From: Thermoanaerobaculia bacterium
GTDB taxonomy: Bacteria; Acidobacteriota; Thermoanaerobaculia; Multivoradales; Multivoraceae
Direction of reading: 5' to 3'
DNA length: 64,000 nucleotides
Assembly (NCBI GenBank): GCA_963666565.1
Contig: OY762911.1
Location: 3,136,001-3,200,000 of the forward strand
The position numbers and the translations under genes are program-made. Positions 43,812-55,441 of the stretch are shown here, one piece after another. The first letter of the stretch is position 1. Each line of letters begins with the position of its first letter. The notes below the pieces were generated by a model. It made no database searches and was not told the DNA's origin. It worked only from the letters and a program-made list of their open reading frames with translations.

Positions 43812-46232
43812 TCAGAAGAAGTCGCGCCGCAGAGAGAGACTCCACGAGCGCGGCCGGCCCCAGGTCTGCTCCACGTACGCCGCGGCGGTGCCGAACGCGG
43901 AGTTGCCGCTCACGAGAAAGGTCTCGTCGAGCAGGTTGCGCCCGGCGAGAATCGCCGTCCATCGTCCCTCCGGGAGACGGAACGACAGCGAGGCGGCGAC
44001 CAGGTGGTACGGCTCGGAGGCGAGTTGCGGAGTGTTCGCCGCGTCGTTGTACTCCCGGCCCCGGTAGGACCAGTCGACCCGCGCGGTCAGTTCGCCCGCC
44101 GCGCCGAGATCGAGGCTGCGGGAGAGGCCCAGGCTGGATGTCGCTTCGGGGGTTCCCACCAGGCGGTAGTGGGGCAGGATGGGCGTCGCGTTGGTCAGGA
44201 CCTCTTCGCTGAGCCGCGCGTAGCGGGCGTCGATCAGCCCCACGCCCAGGTCGAGCCGCCACGAATCGGGGCCCAGCCAGGACATCTCGATCTCGCCGCC
44301 CTCGATGTCCGCGCTGCCGCCGTTGAAGATGAGCGGGTTGAACGTTTCCCGGATCGTGATGTGGAGACCTTGGTAGTCCGTGTGGAACAGCGAGGCGTTC
44401 AGGGTCAACCGACGGTCGAGCCACTCCGACTTGAAGCCCACCTCGTAGGCGTCCGCGAACTCCGAGCGGAAGGGCTTCGGGTCGAGTACGCGCCGGCCCT
44501 CGGCGTCCACCGGCGGCGCCGCCAGACGGCCGTTGAACCCGCCGCTCTTGAAACCCTGGGAGAAAGACGCGTAGAGGAGATGCCGATCGGCGATGGAGCG
44601 CGACAGGCTGATCGCGCCGGTAACGGCGTCGAACTCCTTCTCGTTGCGGCGGCGTTCGAGAAAGAACTCTCCCGGACGCAGGGGGCCGATGGCGGAGAGG
44701 TACGAACCGGCCAGGAGCGGCCAGGTCGGCCCGAAGATGTCGTTGCCGAAAGAGGCGTCGCCGGCGGCGTAGGTGCGCGGCTCGAAGCCCTTCGTATCGC
44801 GCGTGTAGCGCCCGCCGACGGTGATCTCCACGCCGGCCGGCAGAGCGAACGAGGCCTGAACGAAGGCCGCCGTCGACCGGTTGTCGTAGGCGCCGTAGGA
44901 GCGGAGAACGCCGACCGGGAGGGTGACGTAGTTGGAGAGCACGCCGCTTTCGTCGAAGCCGTAGACGCCACCGACCAGACTCAGGGGGCCGTCGGCGTCG
45001 TGGCGCAACTGGAGTTCCTGGCTGAACTGCCGGTGGTCGTAGAAGATCCGGGTCTGGAGCAGGTTGGCCGGCGTGTTGTCGGCGTCCCGGGAGCTGTTGA
45101 AGAGGAAGTCCCTGAAGCCGGTGACGGCCACGAGAGTCGTGGCGTCGCTCAGCTCCCAGCGGACTTCGCTGCTCGCGCCTCCCGCGTCGAGGTGAGAGAA
45201 CACGGGATACGTGCCTTCGGAGATGTAGGGGCCGGCGACATTGTCCGGCCCGTAGCAGCCGGCGTCGCCGCCGACGCCGGCCGAGCCGGGGGGCGGAAAG
45301 GTCGGCGGGCCGGCGGCCGGGAAGTTCGGGTTGATGCGGAACCGGCCGCAGCTACCGAGCATTGCATTGCCGAAGGCCGCGAACGCCTGCGTGTCGTCGA
45401 CGCCGCCGGAGACGGAGGGCGCGCCGTGGTCGCGCGAGCGCGACCGGTCGATGGCGAGGTTCCACTCGAAGCGTTCCGAGGGCAGGTAGCGCAGCGCCGC
45501 CCGGCCCGAGAGGCTGTTCTCGTCGCCGGTCCGGATGCCGTCGCGCGGCCGCTCCACGTAGCCGTCTCTCAGGGTCCGGGCGACGGCGACGTTGGCGAAC
45601 AGACGCTCTGAAAGGGGCAAGTTCGCCCGGGCCGCAACCCCCAGGAGGTCGTCGCTGCCGACACGGGCGACGAGGCTGGCGCTCCGGTTGCCGTCGGGCC
45701 GCCTGGAGTGAATGCTGATCGCGCCGCCGATCGCGTTGCGGCCGAACAGAGTGCCCTGGGGCCCGCGCAGCACCTCGACCCGTTCGACATCCAGGAGGTC
45801 GAACACCGAACCCACGGTCCGCGCCAGATAGACGCCGTCCAGGTAGAGGGCCACGCCGGGGTCGAGTACCTGCGCGTAGTCCACCTGGCCGATACCCCGG
45901 ATGAAGGCCTGACCTACCGCCCGCGACCCGCTGCCCGGCGCGGCGCCGTCGAAGCTCAGGTTCGGCGCGACGTTGGAGAGCAGGTCCGACGAGACGATCT
46001 GCCGCTGGCTCAGCGCCTCACCGGTCCACGCCGAGATGGAGACGGGAACGTCCTGCGGATCCTCCTCGCGCTTCCGGGCGGTGACGACGATCTCGTCCTG
46101 GACGACGGGCCGTTCGTCCGGGGCGGCGGCCTCTTCGGTTTCCGGTTGCTGTGCCGGGATGGCGGGAGCGCCGAGGACGGTCGACAGGACGACGCAACGG
46201 ACGAGGGAGAAGCGTGAGGCTCTGTCGATCAC
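43812..46232 (-). CDS. TonB-dependent outer-membrane receptor
   Basis: DEIVVTARKREE, VERVEVLRGPQGTLFGRNAIGGAI, YEVGFKS, C-terminal GRPRSWSLSLRRDFF; GTG start overlaps the VWA gene stop. Confidence 0.93.
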   Translation of the reverse strand: MIDRASRFSLVRCVVLSTVLGAPAIPAQQPETEEAAAPDERPVVQDEIVVTARKREEDPQDVPVSISAWTGEALSQRQIVSSDLLSNVAPNLSFDGAAPGSGSRAVGQAFIRGIGQVDYAQVLDPGVALYLDGVYLARTVGSVFDLLDVERVEVLRGPQGTLFGRNAIGGAISIHSRRPDGNRSASLVARVGSDDLLGVAARANLPLSERLFANVAVARTLRDGYVERPRDGIRTGDENSLSGRAALRYLPSERFEWNLAIDRSRSRDHGAPSVSGGVDDTQAFAAFGNAMLGSCGRFRINPNFPAAGPPTFPPPGSAGVGGDAGCYGPDNVAGPYISEGTYPVFSHLDAGGASSEVRWELSDATTLVAVTGFRDFLFNSSRDADNTPANLLQTRIFYDHRQFSQELQLRHDADGPLSLVGGVYGFDESGVLSNYVTLPVGVLRSYGAYDNRSTAAFVQASFALPAGVEITVGGRYTRDTKGFEPRTYAAGDASFGNDIFGPTWPLLAGSYLSAIGPLRPGEFFLERRRNEKEFDAVTGAISLSRSIADRHLLYASFSQGFKSGGFNGRLAAPPVDAEGRRVLDPKPFRSEFADAYEVGFKSEWLDRRLTLNASLFHTDYQGLHITIRETFNPLIFNGGSADIEGGEIEMSWLGPDSWRLDLGVGLIDARYARLSEEVLTNATPILPHYRLVGTPEATSSLGLSRSLDLGAAGELTARVDWSYRGREYNDAANTPQLASEPYHLVAASLSFRLPEGRWTAILAGRNLLDETFLVSGNSAFGTAAAYVEQTWGRPRSWSLSLRRDFF

Positions 46233-48076
46233 GGGCGCAACGCGATCGATCCGCCCTGCTGGTCGTCCGGCAGCCGAACGACCGTCTCCTGGACGAGATA
46301 GCTGGCGCGGCCGGACGCTTCGTCCCGGATGCCGACCGCGACGGCGAATCTGCCGGGCGGCAGATCGACGTTCACGACGACCACGGCGCTCTCCCCGGGC
46401 GGCGGCAGTTGGGCCTGGCCCAGAGCGAGCGTCTTCTGGCGCATCGAAGTGCGCTCGCCGTTCTCGTTCTCCGCGACCAGGAAGATCCGCACCGCGCCGG
46501 TCGAGCCGGCGGGCCCCGGCAGGCGCTCGACCGCCTCCACCGGCACGTGGACTTCCACCGGCAGCGTGGCGTGCCCCGGGTCGCCGGCATCCCGCACTTC
46601 CCCGAAAGTCACCTCGGCGTCGAGCGGGTTCGACTGTTCTCCCAGCTTCAGGGCGGCGTACAGCCGGTCGGCGAGCCGCTGCTCGTCCGACTTGAGGATG
46701 TACGAGCGGCGGTAGCGCACCCGCCAGCCCTTCTTGGGCTCCGTGAGCCGGACCTCGATCTGCCGGATCGGATGGCGGCGCTCGGGCGGAGCGGCGTAGC
46801 CGAGCGAGTAGTAGGAACCGAAGTCGGCCGCGATCTCCTCCAGCGCCTCGGCCGGATGGGCCTCGTTGAAGACGGCGCGGCCTCCGGTCTCGTCGGCGAG
46901 CAGGCTGAGCGTCGACTGGAGGTTGTCGACCCGCAGCCGGTCGTTCCGGTTGCTGGGAACGAGCACGTTCGCCAGGCCGAGGCCGCCGGTGCCGCCGCCG
47001 TCCGCCGCGCCGACCGGCCCGCCGAAGCGAACGTCCGTCGCGGACGAGCCCCGGACGCCGCCGGCGTCGACCGGGTAGAGGGTCACGCGGTTCGCGTTGC
47101 TGAAGGCGCTGAAGCGGTTGAACCGCGTCGTCTCGTCCCGCTCGGCCTGGCGCCGGTTCGTTTCCGTCTCGTTCTCGGGACAGACCTCGCCGAGGTAGTG
47201 GTAGACGTCCGCGCCCGGCTGCCGGGGCAGACCGTCGCTGACGTAGATGACGGCCTTCGGGCCGGGCAGCCCGCCGAGAGCGGTCACCAGGTCGCCCAGG
47301 GCGGAAATGGACGCCGCGCCGCGGGACTGCATCTCGGCGGCGTACTGCTCGGCGGAACCGAGCAGGCCCGGCCAGAGGTCGACGCAGGGTTCGCAGTCCG
47401 GCACGAAGGCGCTCTGCGACTCGCCGAGGGCGCAGGCCTCGTAGGCCTGGCGGATCTCCTGGAGGATCCGGCGCCGGAAGAGCTCGTTGTCGTGGGCGGG
47501 CGACCTGGGCTCGCTCTCGATCTCCCGCAACGCCTCCGTGAGTTCGGCGGGATTGCCGGTGAAGGGCACGCGGACGTTCAGGTCGGGATCGCCGGTCGCG
47601 AGCAGGAACCGGACGTCGCTCGCCTGTTCGCCGCGATTCGTCAGAAAGGCGGCGAGATCGCTCTCGATCCGGCGCAGGTTGCCGAGGTAGGTCCGGTAGC
47701 GGTCGAGGTAGAGCGCCACCATCAGGGGCGGGCCGGGGCCGTCCAGTTCGTCCAGGCTCTCGCCTTCGGCCCACTCCAGGTCGTCGCGGTCGGGGCGGAC
47801 GGCGGCGTTCAGGAAGTTCGTGATCTCCATCCGTTCGCCCTCCTCGAAGACCTCGAAGTCGTCGATGGAGAGGTCCGAGATCGGCCGGCCCCTGCGGTCC
47901 GTGACGTGAACGTCGATGTTCACGACGTTCACGGTTACCTCGTCGAGGATGATCGCGGCCTGGGAATCCCGTTCCTGGGCCTGTCCCGCCGCCAGGGGAA
48001 CCGCGAGCGCTCCCAGGATGGCCGGGAGGACGGCGAACGCGCGCCGGGCCGGGCGCCGGAGGACCATGAGGTTCAC
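46229..48076 (-). CDS. VWA-domain protein (VWFA-related acidobacterial type)
   Basis: VNVVNIDVHVTDRRGRPISDLSIDDFEVFEEG, GPKAVIYVSDG, LADETGG, YYSLGY. Confidence 0.85.
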   Translation of the reverse strand: MNLMVLRRPARRAFAVLPAILGALAVPLAAGQAQERDSQAAIILDEVTVNVVNIDVHVTDRRGRPISDLSIDDFEVFEEGERMEITNFLNAAVRPDRDDLEWAEGESLDELDGPGPPLMVALYLDRYRTYLGNLRRIESDLAAFLTNRGEQASDVRFLLATGDPDLNVRVPFTGNPAELTEALREIESEPRSPAHDNELFRRRILQEIRQAYEACALGESQSAFVPDCEPCVDLWPGLLGSAEQYAAEMQSRGAASISALGDLVTALGGLPGPKAVIYVSDGLPRQPGADVYHYLGEVCPENETETNRRQAERDETTRFNRFSAFSNANRVTLYPVDAGGVRGSSATDVRFGGPVGAADGGGTGGLGLANVLVPSNRNDRLRVDNLQSTLSLLADETGGRAVFNEAHPAEALEEIAADFGSYYSLGYAAPPERRHPIRQIEVRLTEPKKGWRVRYRRSYILKSDEQRLADRLYAALKLGEQSNPLDAEVTFGEVRDAGDPGHATLPVEVHVPVEAVERLPGPAGSTGAVRIFLVAENENGERTSMRQKTLALGQAQLPPPGESAVVVVNVDLPPGRFAVAVGIRDEASGRASYLVQETVVRLPDDQQGGSIALRP

Positions 48077-48090
48077 TATACTGAGCCGCG

Positions 48091-48993
48091 ATGGCGACCG
48101 CGGGCGCGAGAGGCTCCACGAAGGCGCTCCCGGTCGCGGCGAGGCTGCTCGCCGCTGCCCGTCCGATCACCGCCCTCGTGATCCTCGCGGCCCTTGCCGA
48201 CGGGCCGGCGGAGGCCCAGGTCTCGCGCCCCGAACCGGAGTACACGGGCGCCGACCGGATCGAGGAGTGGTCGGGCCGCCGCGTTCTCGTCGTGACGCCG
48301 CACCCGGACGACGAGACCTTCACCTCCGGCGGCACGCTGGCCATCCTGGCGGCGAACGGCAACGACATCCGGGTCGTCGTCTACACGACGGACAACGCCG
48401 GCTCGCGGGACCCGTCGATGACGAAGGACCGGCTGAAGGCGATCCGGCGCGCCGAGGAGGAGGAGGCCTGCCGCATCCTGGGCATCCCGAAGGAGAACAT
48501 CGTCTGGCTGGGGCATGACGACGGCATGCTGGAGTACGTCGACCGCCGGGAACTGACGAAGCAGGTGGCCCGCGAGATCCGCCGGTTCAGGCCCGACGTC
48601 CTGTTCTCGGTCGACCCGGGCTCGCCTTACGAGCAGTACCACAAGTCGGACCACCGCTCGGGCGCGATCGTCACGGTGGACGCGATCCGCGCGGCGCGCT
48701 GGCGGCTCTACTTCCCGGAGCTGGAGGCCGAGGGCTTCGAGGCGTGGAGCGTGCCGCTCGTGTTCTTCTACTACAGCGCCAACCCGAACTACACCGTCGA
48801 CATCACGGAGGTGGCGGAGAAGAAGGCGCGGGCCTCGGCGGCCCACATCAGCCAGTTCGGCTCGATGGTCGACCGCTACGACCCGGACGCCGTGGACGAG
48901 CAGCGCAAGGAGTGGGCGGCGCGGCTGCTGGCGCGCGCCGAGCGCGAGAACGGCAGGGTGGTGGAGCGCTTCCGGCGTTCCACGGCGTACTGA
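48091..48993 (+). CDS. PIG-L family deacetylase
   Basis: PHPDDE, RRAEEEEACRILG, HKSDH. Confidence 0.9.
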   Translation: MATAGARGSTKALPVAARLLAAARPITALVILAALADGPAEAQVSRPEPEYTGADRIEEWSGRRVLVVTPHPDDETFTSGGTLAILAANGNDIRVVVYTTDNAGSRDPSMTKDRLKAIRRAEEEEACRILGIPKENIVWLGHDDGMLEYVDRRELTKQVAREIRRFRPDVLFSVDPGSPYEQYHKSDHRSGAIVTVDAIRAARWRLYFPELEAEGFEAWSVPLVFFYYSANPNYTVDITEVAEKKARASAAHISQFGSMVDRYDPDAVDEQRKEWAARLLARAERENGRVVERFRRSTAY

Positions 48994-50055
48994 GTGGCCG
49001 GGCAGCCGCCGGGTCGGGACCGAGAGAAGCCGGGCGGCGGCGGTTCGCCGGCCCTGGCGTTGAGCGTTCTCGACCAGTGTCCGATCCGGGCCGGCGCGAC
49101 CGCGGCGGACGCGGTCAGGGAGGCTGTCGAGCTGGCCAGGGCCACGGAACGGTTCGGCTACCGGCGCTACTGGCTGGCGGAACACCACAACTCGCAGTCG
49201 CTCGCCTGCGCCGCTCCCGAGGCCCTGATCGGCCAGGTCGCGGCGGCCACGGAGCGGATGCGGGTGGGTTCCGGCGGGGTCATGCTGAGCCACTACAGCG
49301 CGCTCAAGGTGGCGGAGGTGTTCCGGATGCTGGAGACGCTGTACCCCGGCCGGATCGACCTCGGGATCGGCCGCGCGCCGGGTTCCGACCGGCTGACCGC
49401 CCGCATCCTGGCGCACGGACCGGGCCGGCTGGGCGTTCAGCACTACCCGGAGCAGGTGGCCGACCTCCTCGGCTACCTCGGCCGGGGCCACCAGGACGAG
49501 CGGCTGAACGGCGTGCGGGCGATGCCCCAGGGCGACACGCAGCCCGAGGTATGGCTGCTCGGTTCGAGCCTCGGCTCGGCCCGCTTCGCCGCCTGGTTCG
49601 GCTGCCCGTACAGCTTCGCCCACTTCATCCAGCCCCGCGACGCGGAAGCCGCGCTCGAGCTGTACCGGAGCGAGTACCGGCCTTCCGAGCGCCATCCCGA
49701 GCCGCGGGCGAGCGTCGGCGTCAGCGCGATGGTCGCCGACACGGACGAGGAGGCGCGCCGGCAGTCGCTCAGCCGCTTCCTGTGGTGGATCCGGCTGACC
49801 CAGGGGCAGGCCGGCCCGTTCCCGAGCCTGGAGGAGGCCGAGGCGCACGAGTTCACGGATCGCGACCGCGCAGTGATGGAGAAGATGCAGGGCCGCAGCC
49901 TGATCGGCTCGCCGGAGCGGGTGCGGGACCGGGCGGCGGAACTCGCGGGGCGCCTGGACGTGGCGGAACTCGTCGTGCTGACGATCTGCCCCAGCTTCGA
50001 AGCCCGGGTGCGCTCCTACGAACTGCTCGCCGAGGCTGTGGGACTCCAGGAGTGA
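48994..50055 (+). CDS. LLM-class flavin-dependent oxidoreductase (luciferase-like)
   Basis: LSVLDQCP, YWLAEHH, RVGSGGVML.HYS..KVAE.F, RIDLGIGRAPG, WLLGSS. Confidence 0.92.
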   Translation: MAGQPPGRDREKPGGGGSPALALSVLDQCPIRAGATAADAVREAVELARATERFGYRRYWLAEHHNSQSLACAAPEALIGQVAAATERMRVGSGGVMLSHYSALKVAEVFRMLETLYPGRIDLGIGRAPGSDRLTARILAHGPGRLGVQHYPEQVADLLGYLGRGHQDERLNGVRAMPQGDTQPEVWLLGSSLGSARFAAWFGCPYSFAHFIQPRDAEAALELYRSEYRPSERHPEPRASVGVSAMVADTDEEARRQSLSRFLWWIRLTQGQAGPFPSLEEAEAHEFTDRDRAVMEKMQGRSLIGSPERVRDRAAELAGRLDVAELVVLTICPSFEARVRSYELLAEAVGLQE

Positions 50056-50088
50056 TCGCAGCCGTCAGGCCTGTGGAACGAGGTTCCG

Positions 50089-50221
50089 CTGGGTGCGCGG
50101 GTCTTCTGACCCGCTGCCGCCGAAGGCGGCCGGAACGGGCGCCGGCCTTCCGGCGCCGCTCTGGCGGACAGTTGCGACCTGGCGAGGGTTTCGGTGGGGG
50201 TCAGAAGACCCGCGCACCCAG
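50089..50221. repeat. Inverted REP doublet (REPIN-like)
   Basis: ctgggtgcgcgggtcttctgacccgc at 50089-50114 and inverted gggtcagaagacccgcgcacccag at 50198-50221. Confidence 0.9.
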
Positions 50222-50288
50222 TGGCGATCATGGTTGACAGGCCCGCGCTGAAGCCAGAGGATCCGAACGTCCCTGGAGGATCCGAACG

Positions 50289-51812
<1,524 letters not shown>

Positions 51813-51859
51813 GGGCTCGCGGCGCACAAGTCGTTGTTTTTCAGTAAGATACGTCTCCC

Positions 51860-53662
51860 ATGACGACAATCCGGCGTAGCGTCTCGAAGCTGTCCCGCCC
51901 ATTCGTCTGCATCGCCCTGCTGACCCTCGCGGCGTCCGCTGCCGGGGCCCGGGAGCGCTACCACCCCGCGATCGATCCGGAGCTCTTCCCGCTGCCGGAG
52001 AGCCTGGAGGCGGCGGTCGGCTTCTGGACCGACGTCTTCGCCACCTACACCAGCGACCAGGTCGTGCTGCACGACGAGCGCCACCTGGACGTCGTCTACA
52101 GCGTGATCGACATGAGCGACCTGCGGGCGACGGGTTCGTCCGAGCTCGAGATCGACCGCACCCGCATCCGGCGCGTCCGCGCCGAGATGAACCGCATCGC
52201 GAAGGCGCTGCGCGATCTGGCCGCGGGACGGCCCGCGATGGACCTGCCGCCGGACCTCCGCTCGATACCGGCCCGCATGGAGAACATCGAGGGGGGCCGG
52301 TCGAAGTACCGGCGGGCCACCGGCCTGATCCGCTCCCAGCGGGGGCTCCGGGACCGGTTCGAGGAGGCGATCGAGATCTCGGGCATGTTCATGCCGGGGA
52401 TCGAGCGGACCCTGGCCGAGTACGGGCTGCCGCGGGAGATCCGCTGCCTGCCGTTCGTGGAGTCGATGTTCAACTATCGCGCCCGCTCCAAGGTGGGGGC
52501 TTCGGGCGCGTGGCAGTTCACCGCCTCGACCGGCCGGGCCTTCCTGCAGATGGACGAGGCCGTCGACGCCCGGTCGGACGTCCTGCTCGCGGCCGCGGGC
52601 GCCGCCCGCAAGCTGCGGCGGGACTACGAGTCGCTCGAGGCCTGGCCGGTCGCGCTGACGGCGTACAACCACGGCGCGGGCGGCATGGCGCGGGCGGTGC
52701 GCCGGCTGGGCACGCGGGACATGGGCACGATCGCCGAGAAGTACCGCTCGCGCACGTTCGGCTTCGCGTCGCGGAACTTCTACCCGGAGTTCCTGGCGGC
52801 GGTGATCGTCTACGCGGACCGGGAACGGCATTTCCCCGGCGTCGAGCCGCTGCCTGAGATCCGTTTCGACGTCACCCGCCGGGACCGCTACGTCGCCCTG
52901 ACCGATCTGGCCGCGGCCACCGGCGTGGAGATGGACGACCTGGCGGAACTGAACCCGGCGCTCGACCGCTCGGTGCTCGCCGGTTCGCTGCTGGTTCCGC
53001 CCCGGTACCCGTTGCGGGTGCCGGCGGGGACCGCGGCGCGCTTCGAGCAGGCGTACGCCGAGCTGCCGCCGGAGCGGAAGCCCGACCGGCAGGCGGCGTT
53101 CGGCTACCGGGTGCAGCGGGGAGACACGCTGGGAGCGATCGCCCGCCGCTTCAAGTCGTCCGTCGCCGAGATCCAGCGCGCGAACCGCCTGCCGCGGGCG
53201 GACCGGATCTACGTCGGTCAACGCCTGCGGATTCCGCAGCAGGGTTCCGGGCGCGCCGCGCCGCCGCCGGTGCGGCGGGCGGCGGTCGAACCGCCCGGCG
53301 AACGGACTCCGACGCCGGCTACCGCAGCCGCGACGGCCCCGGCAGGCCGGCAAGGCGCCGGCGGCGAGGTCGTCCACGTCGTCAGGAACGGCGAGTCGGT
53401 GCATCGCATCGCGCGGAAGTACGGCGTCAGCGTCGCGGCGGTGGAGGCGGCGAACGGCTTGCGGCGGCCGGACCTGATCCACGCCGGCCAGCGCCTGCGG
53501 ATCCCGCGGGGCGGAGACGTCGTCTACCGGGTTCGCCGCGGCGACACCTTGAGCCAGTTGGCCCGGACCTTCGGCACGTCGACGGCGAAGATCCAGCGGG
53601 CGAACGGCCTGCGCGGCAGTCGGATCGTCGTCGGCCAGACGCTGCGCATCCCGGCGGAATGA
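51860..53662 (+). CDS. Lytic transglycosylase (MltD-like) with three LysM domains
   Basis: LPFVESMFN..ARSKVGASGAWQF, ALTAYNHG; LysM YRVQRGDTL, HVVRNGES, YRVRRGDTL. Confidence 0.92.
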   Translation: MTTIRRSVSKLSRPFVCIALLTLAASAAGARERYHPAIDPELFPLPESLEAAVGFWTDVFATYTSDQVVLHDERHLDVVYSVIDMSDLRATGSSELEIDRTRIRRVRAEMNRIAKALRDLAAGRPAMDLPPDLRSIPARMENIEGGRSKYRRATGLIRSQRGLRDRFEEAIEISGMFMPGIERTLAEYGLPREIRCLPFVESMFNYRARSKVGASGAWQFTASTGRAFLQMDEAVDARSDVLLAAAGAARKLRRDYESLEAWPVALTAYNHGAGGMARAVRRLGTRDMGTIAEKYRSRTFGFASRNFYPEFLAAVIVYADRERHFPGVEPLPEIRFDVTRRDRYVALTDLAAATGVEMDDLAELNPALDRSVLAGSLLVPPRYPLRVPAGTAARFEQAYAELPPERKPDRQAAFGYRVQRGDTLGAIARRFKSSVAEIQRANRLPRADRIYVGQRLRIPQQGSGRAAPPPVRRAAVEPPGERTPTPATAAATAPAGRQGAGGEVVHVVRNGESVHRIARKYGVSVAAVEAANGLRRPDLIHAGQRLRIPRGGDVVYRVRRGDTLSQLARTFGTSTAKIQRANGLRGSRIVVGQTLRIPAE

Positions 53663-55389
53663 TCCGCTTGCGGAAGCGCGGGCGCCGCTCCTTCGCCGCC
53701 GTTGCGCTCCTCGCGCCGCTGGGCGCCCTGCTGGCTGGCTGCGGGGAGGGCGCCGCTCCCGGCGCCGCGGACCTGGTCGTGCTGAACGGCCGCCTGGTCA
53801 CGCTCGCGGCGCCGGCCGAGGCGGAGGCGCTCGCCGCCATCGACGGCCGGATCGCGTTCGTCGGCTCGAACGACGGCGCGCGGGCGCTGATCGGCCCGGA
53901 CACCGAGGTCGTCGACCTGGAGGGACGGCTCGGCGTGCCCGGATTCATCGAGGGGCACGGCCACTTCTGGAGCGTCGGCGAGGCGAAGCTCCAGTTGGCG
54001 CTGGAGGATGCCGCGACCTGGGACGAGATCGTCGCGCGGGTCGAGGCGGCGGTCGCGGAGGCCGAACCGGGCGCCTGGATCCTGGGCCGAGGCTGGCACC
54101 AGTCGAAGTGGGCCGAGACGCCGGCGCCGGCCGTGCAGGGACTGCCGACGCACCATGGTCTGAGCGCCGTGTCGCCGGAGAACCCCGTGCTGCTGGGCCA
54201 TGCCAGCGGCCACATGGCGTTCGCCAACGCGAAAGCGATGGAACTGGCCGGCATCGACGCGGCGACGCCCGATCCCGCGGGCGGCGAGATCGTGCGGGAC
54301 GCGGCCGGCCGGCCGACCGGCGCGCTCCGGGAGACGGCCGAGAACCTGGTCGCCGGGCTGCGCTCCGAGAGCCTGGAGTGGAACCGGGCGCGGCGGGTCG
54401 TGGAGCTCGCCGGCGAGGAGTGCCTGGCCAAGGGCATCACCAGCTTTCAGGACGCCGGGTCCAGCTTCGGGCTGATCGACGTCTACGGCCGGATGGCGGA
54501 CGAGCGCGCGCTGCCGCTGCGCCTCTGGGTCATGGTGCTCGAGAGCAACGAGGCGATGGCCGAGTCGCTGGCCGACTACCGCGCGATCGACCGCGGCGGC
54601 GGCTTCCTCACCGTCCGCGGCATCAAGCGCTCGATCGACGGGGCGCTGGGGTCCCACGGCGCCTGGCTGCTCGATCCGTACGAGGACATGCCGGAGTCCG
54701 CCGGCCTGAACACGACCAGCATGGAGGTCATGGAGGAGACCGCCCGGCTGGCGAAGGAGCTCGACTTCCAGTTCTGCGTCCACGCGATCGGCGACCGGGC
54801 GAACCGGGAGACGCTCGACCTGTTCGAGCGGACCCTGGCCGGCGACCGCACGAGGCGCTGGCGGGTCGAACACGCGCAGCACCTCCATCCGGACGACGTG
54901 CCGCGCTTCGCCGAGCTCGGCGTGATCGCTTCGATGCAGGCCGTCCACTGCACCTCGGACGGTCCGTGGGTGCCGGACCGCCTCGGCGAACGCCGGAGCG
55001 CCGAGGGCGCCTACGTCTGGCGGGACCTGCTCGACTCCGGCGCGGTGGTCACGAACGGCACGGACGCGCCGGTGGAGGACGTGGACCCGATCGCCTCGTT
55101 CCATGCCGCGGTCAGCCGGAGGATGGCTGGCGGCGAGGTCTTCCACGAGCGCCAGCGGATGACCCGGGAGGAGGCGCTCCGCTCCTACACGATCGACGCC
55201 GCGTACTCGGCCTTCGAGGAGGACTCGAAGGGGAGCCTGGAGGTCGGCAAGTTCGCGGATCTCACCGTCCTGTCGCGGGACATCATGACCGTGCCGGAGG
55301 AGGAGATCCCCGGCGCCGAGGTCGTCTACACGATCGTGGGCGGCCGGATCGCCTATCGGCAGCCGCCGCCGTCCGCGCCCGGCGGATGA
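53659..55389 (+). CDS. Amidohydrolase family 3 (YtcJ-like)
   Basis: PGFIEGHGH, DGALGSHGA, HAIGDRAN, RVEHAQ, GTDAPVE, KGSLEVGKFADL. Confidence 0.93.
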   Translation: MIRLRKRGRRSFAAVALLAPLGALLAGCGEGAAPGAADLVVLNGRLVTLAAPAEAEALAAIDGRIAFVGSNDGARALIGPDTEVVDLEGRLGVPGFIEGHGHFWSVGEAKLQLALEDAATWDEIVARVEAAVAEAEPGAWILGRGWHQSKWAETPAPAVQGLPTHHGLSAVSPENPVLLGHASGHMAFANAKAMELAGIDAATPDPAGGEIVRDAAGRPTGALRETAENLVAGLRSESLEWNRARRVVELAGEECLAKGITSFQDAGSSFGLIDVYGRMADERALPLRLWVMVLESNEAMAESLADYRAIDRGGGFLTVRGIKRSIDGALGSHGAWLLDPYEDMPESAGLNTTSMEVMEETARLAKELDFQFCVHAIGDRANRETLDLFERTLAGDRTRRWRVEHAQHLHPDDVPRFAELGVIASMQAVHCTSDGPWVPDRLGERRSAEGAYVWRDLLDSGAVVTNGTDAPVEDVDPIASFHAAVSRRMAGGEVFHERQRMTREEALRSYTIDAAYSAFEEDSKGSLEVGKFADLTVLSRDIMTVPEEEIPGAEVVYTIVGGRIAYRQPPPSAPGG

Positions 55390-55441
55390 GCCGCGGTGGT
55401 AGCGGCCCGGCGGACGCGCCGTCGTCGTCCAATCCCGACCG

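Noticed and set aside
50222-50288. SAH riboswitch upstream of ahcY
   Set aside because: Consensus elements (GAGGAGCG-TGC / AGGCTC / CGCTC-type pairing) are not visible, and the upstream space is filled by a REP doublet
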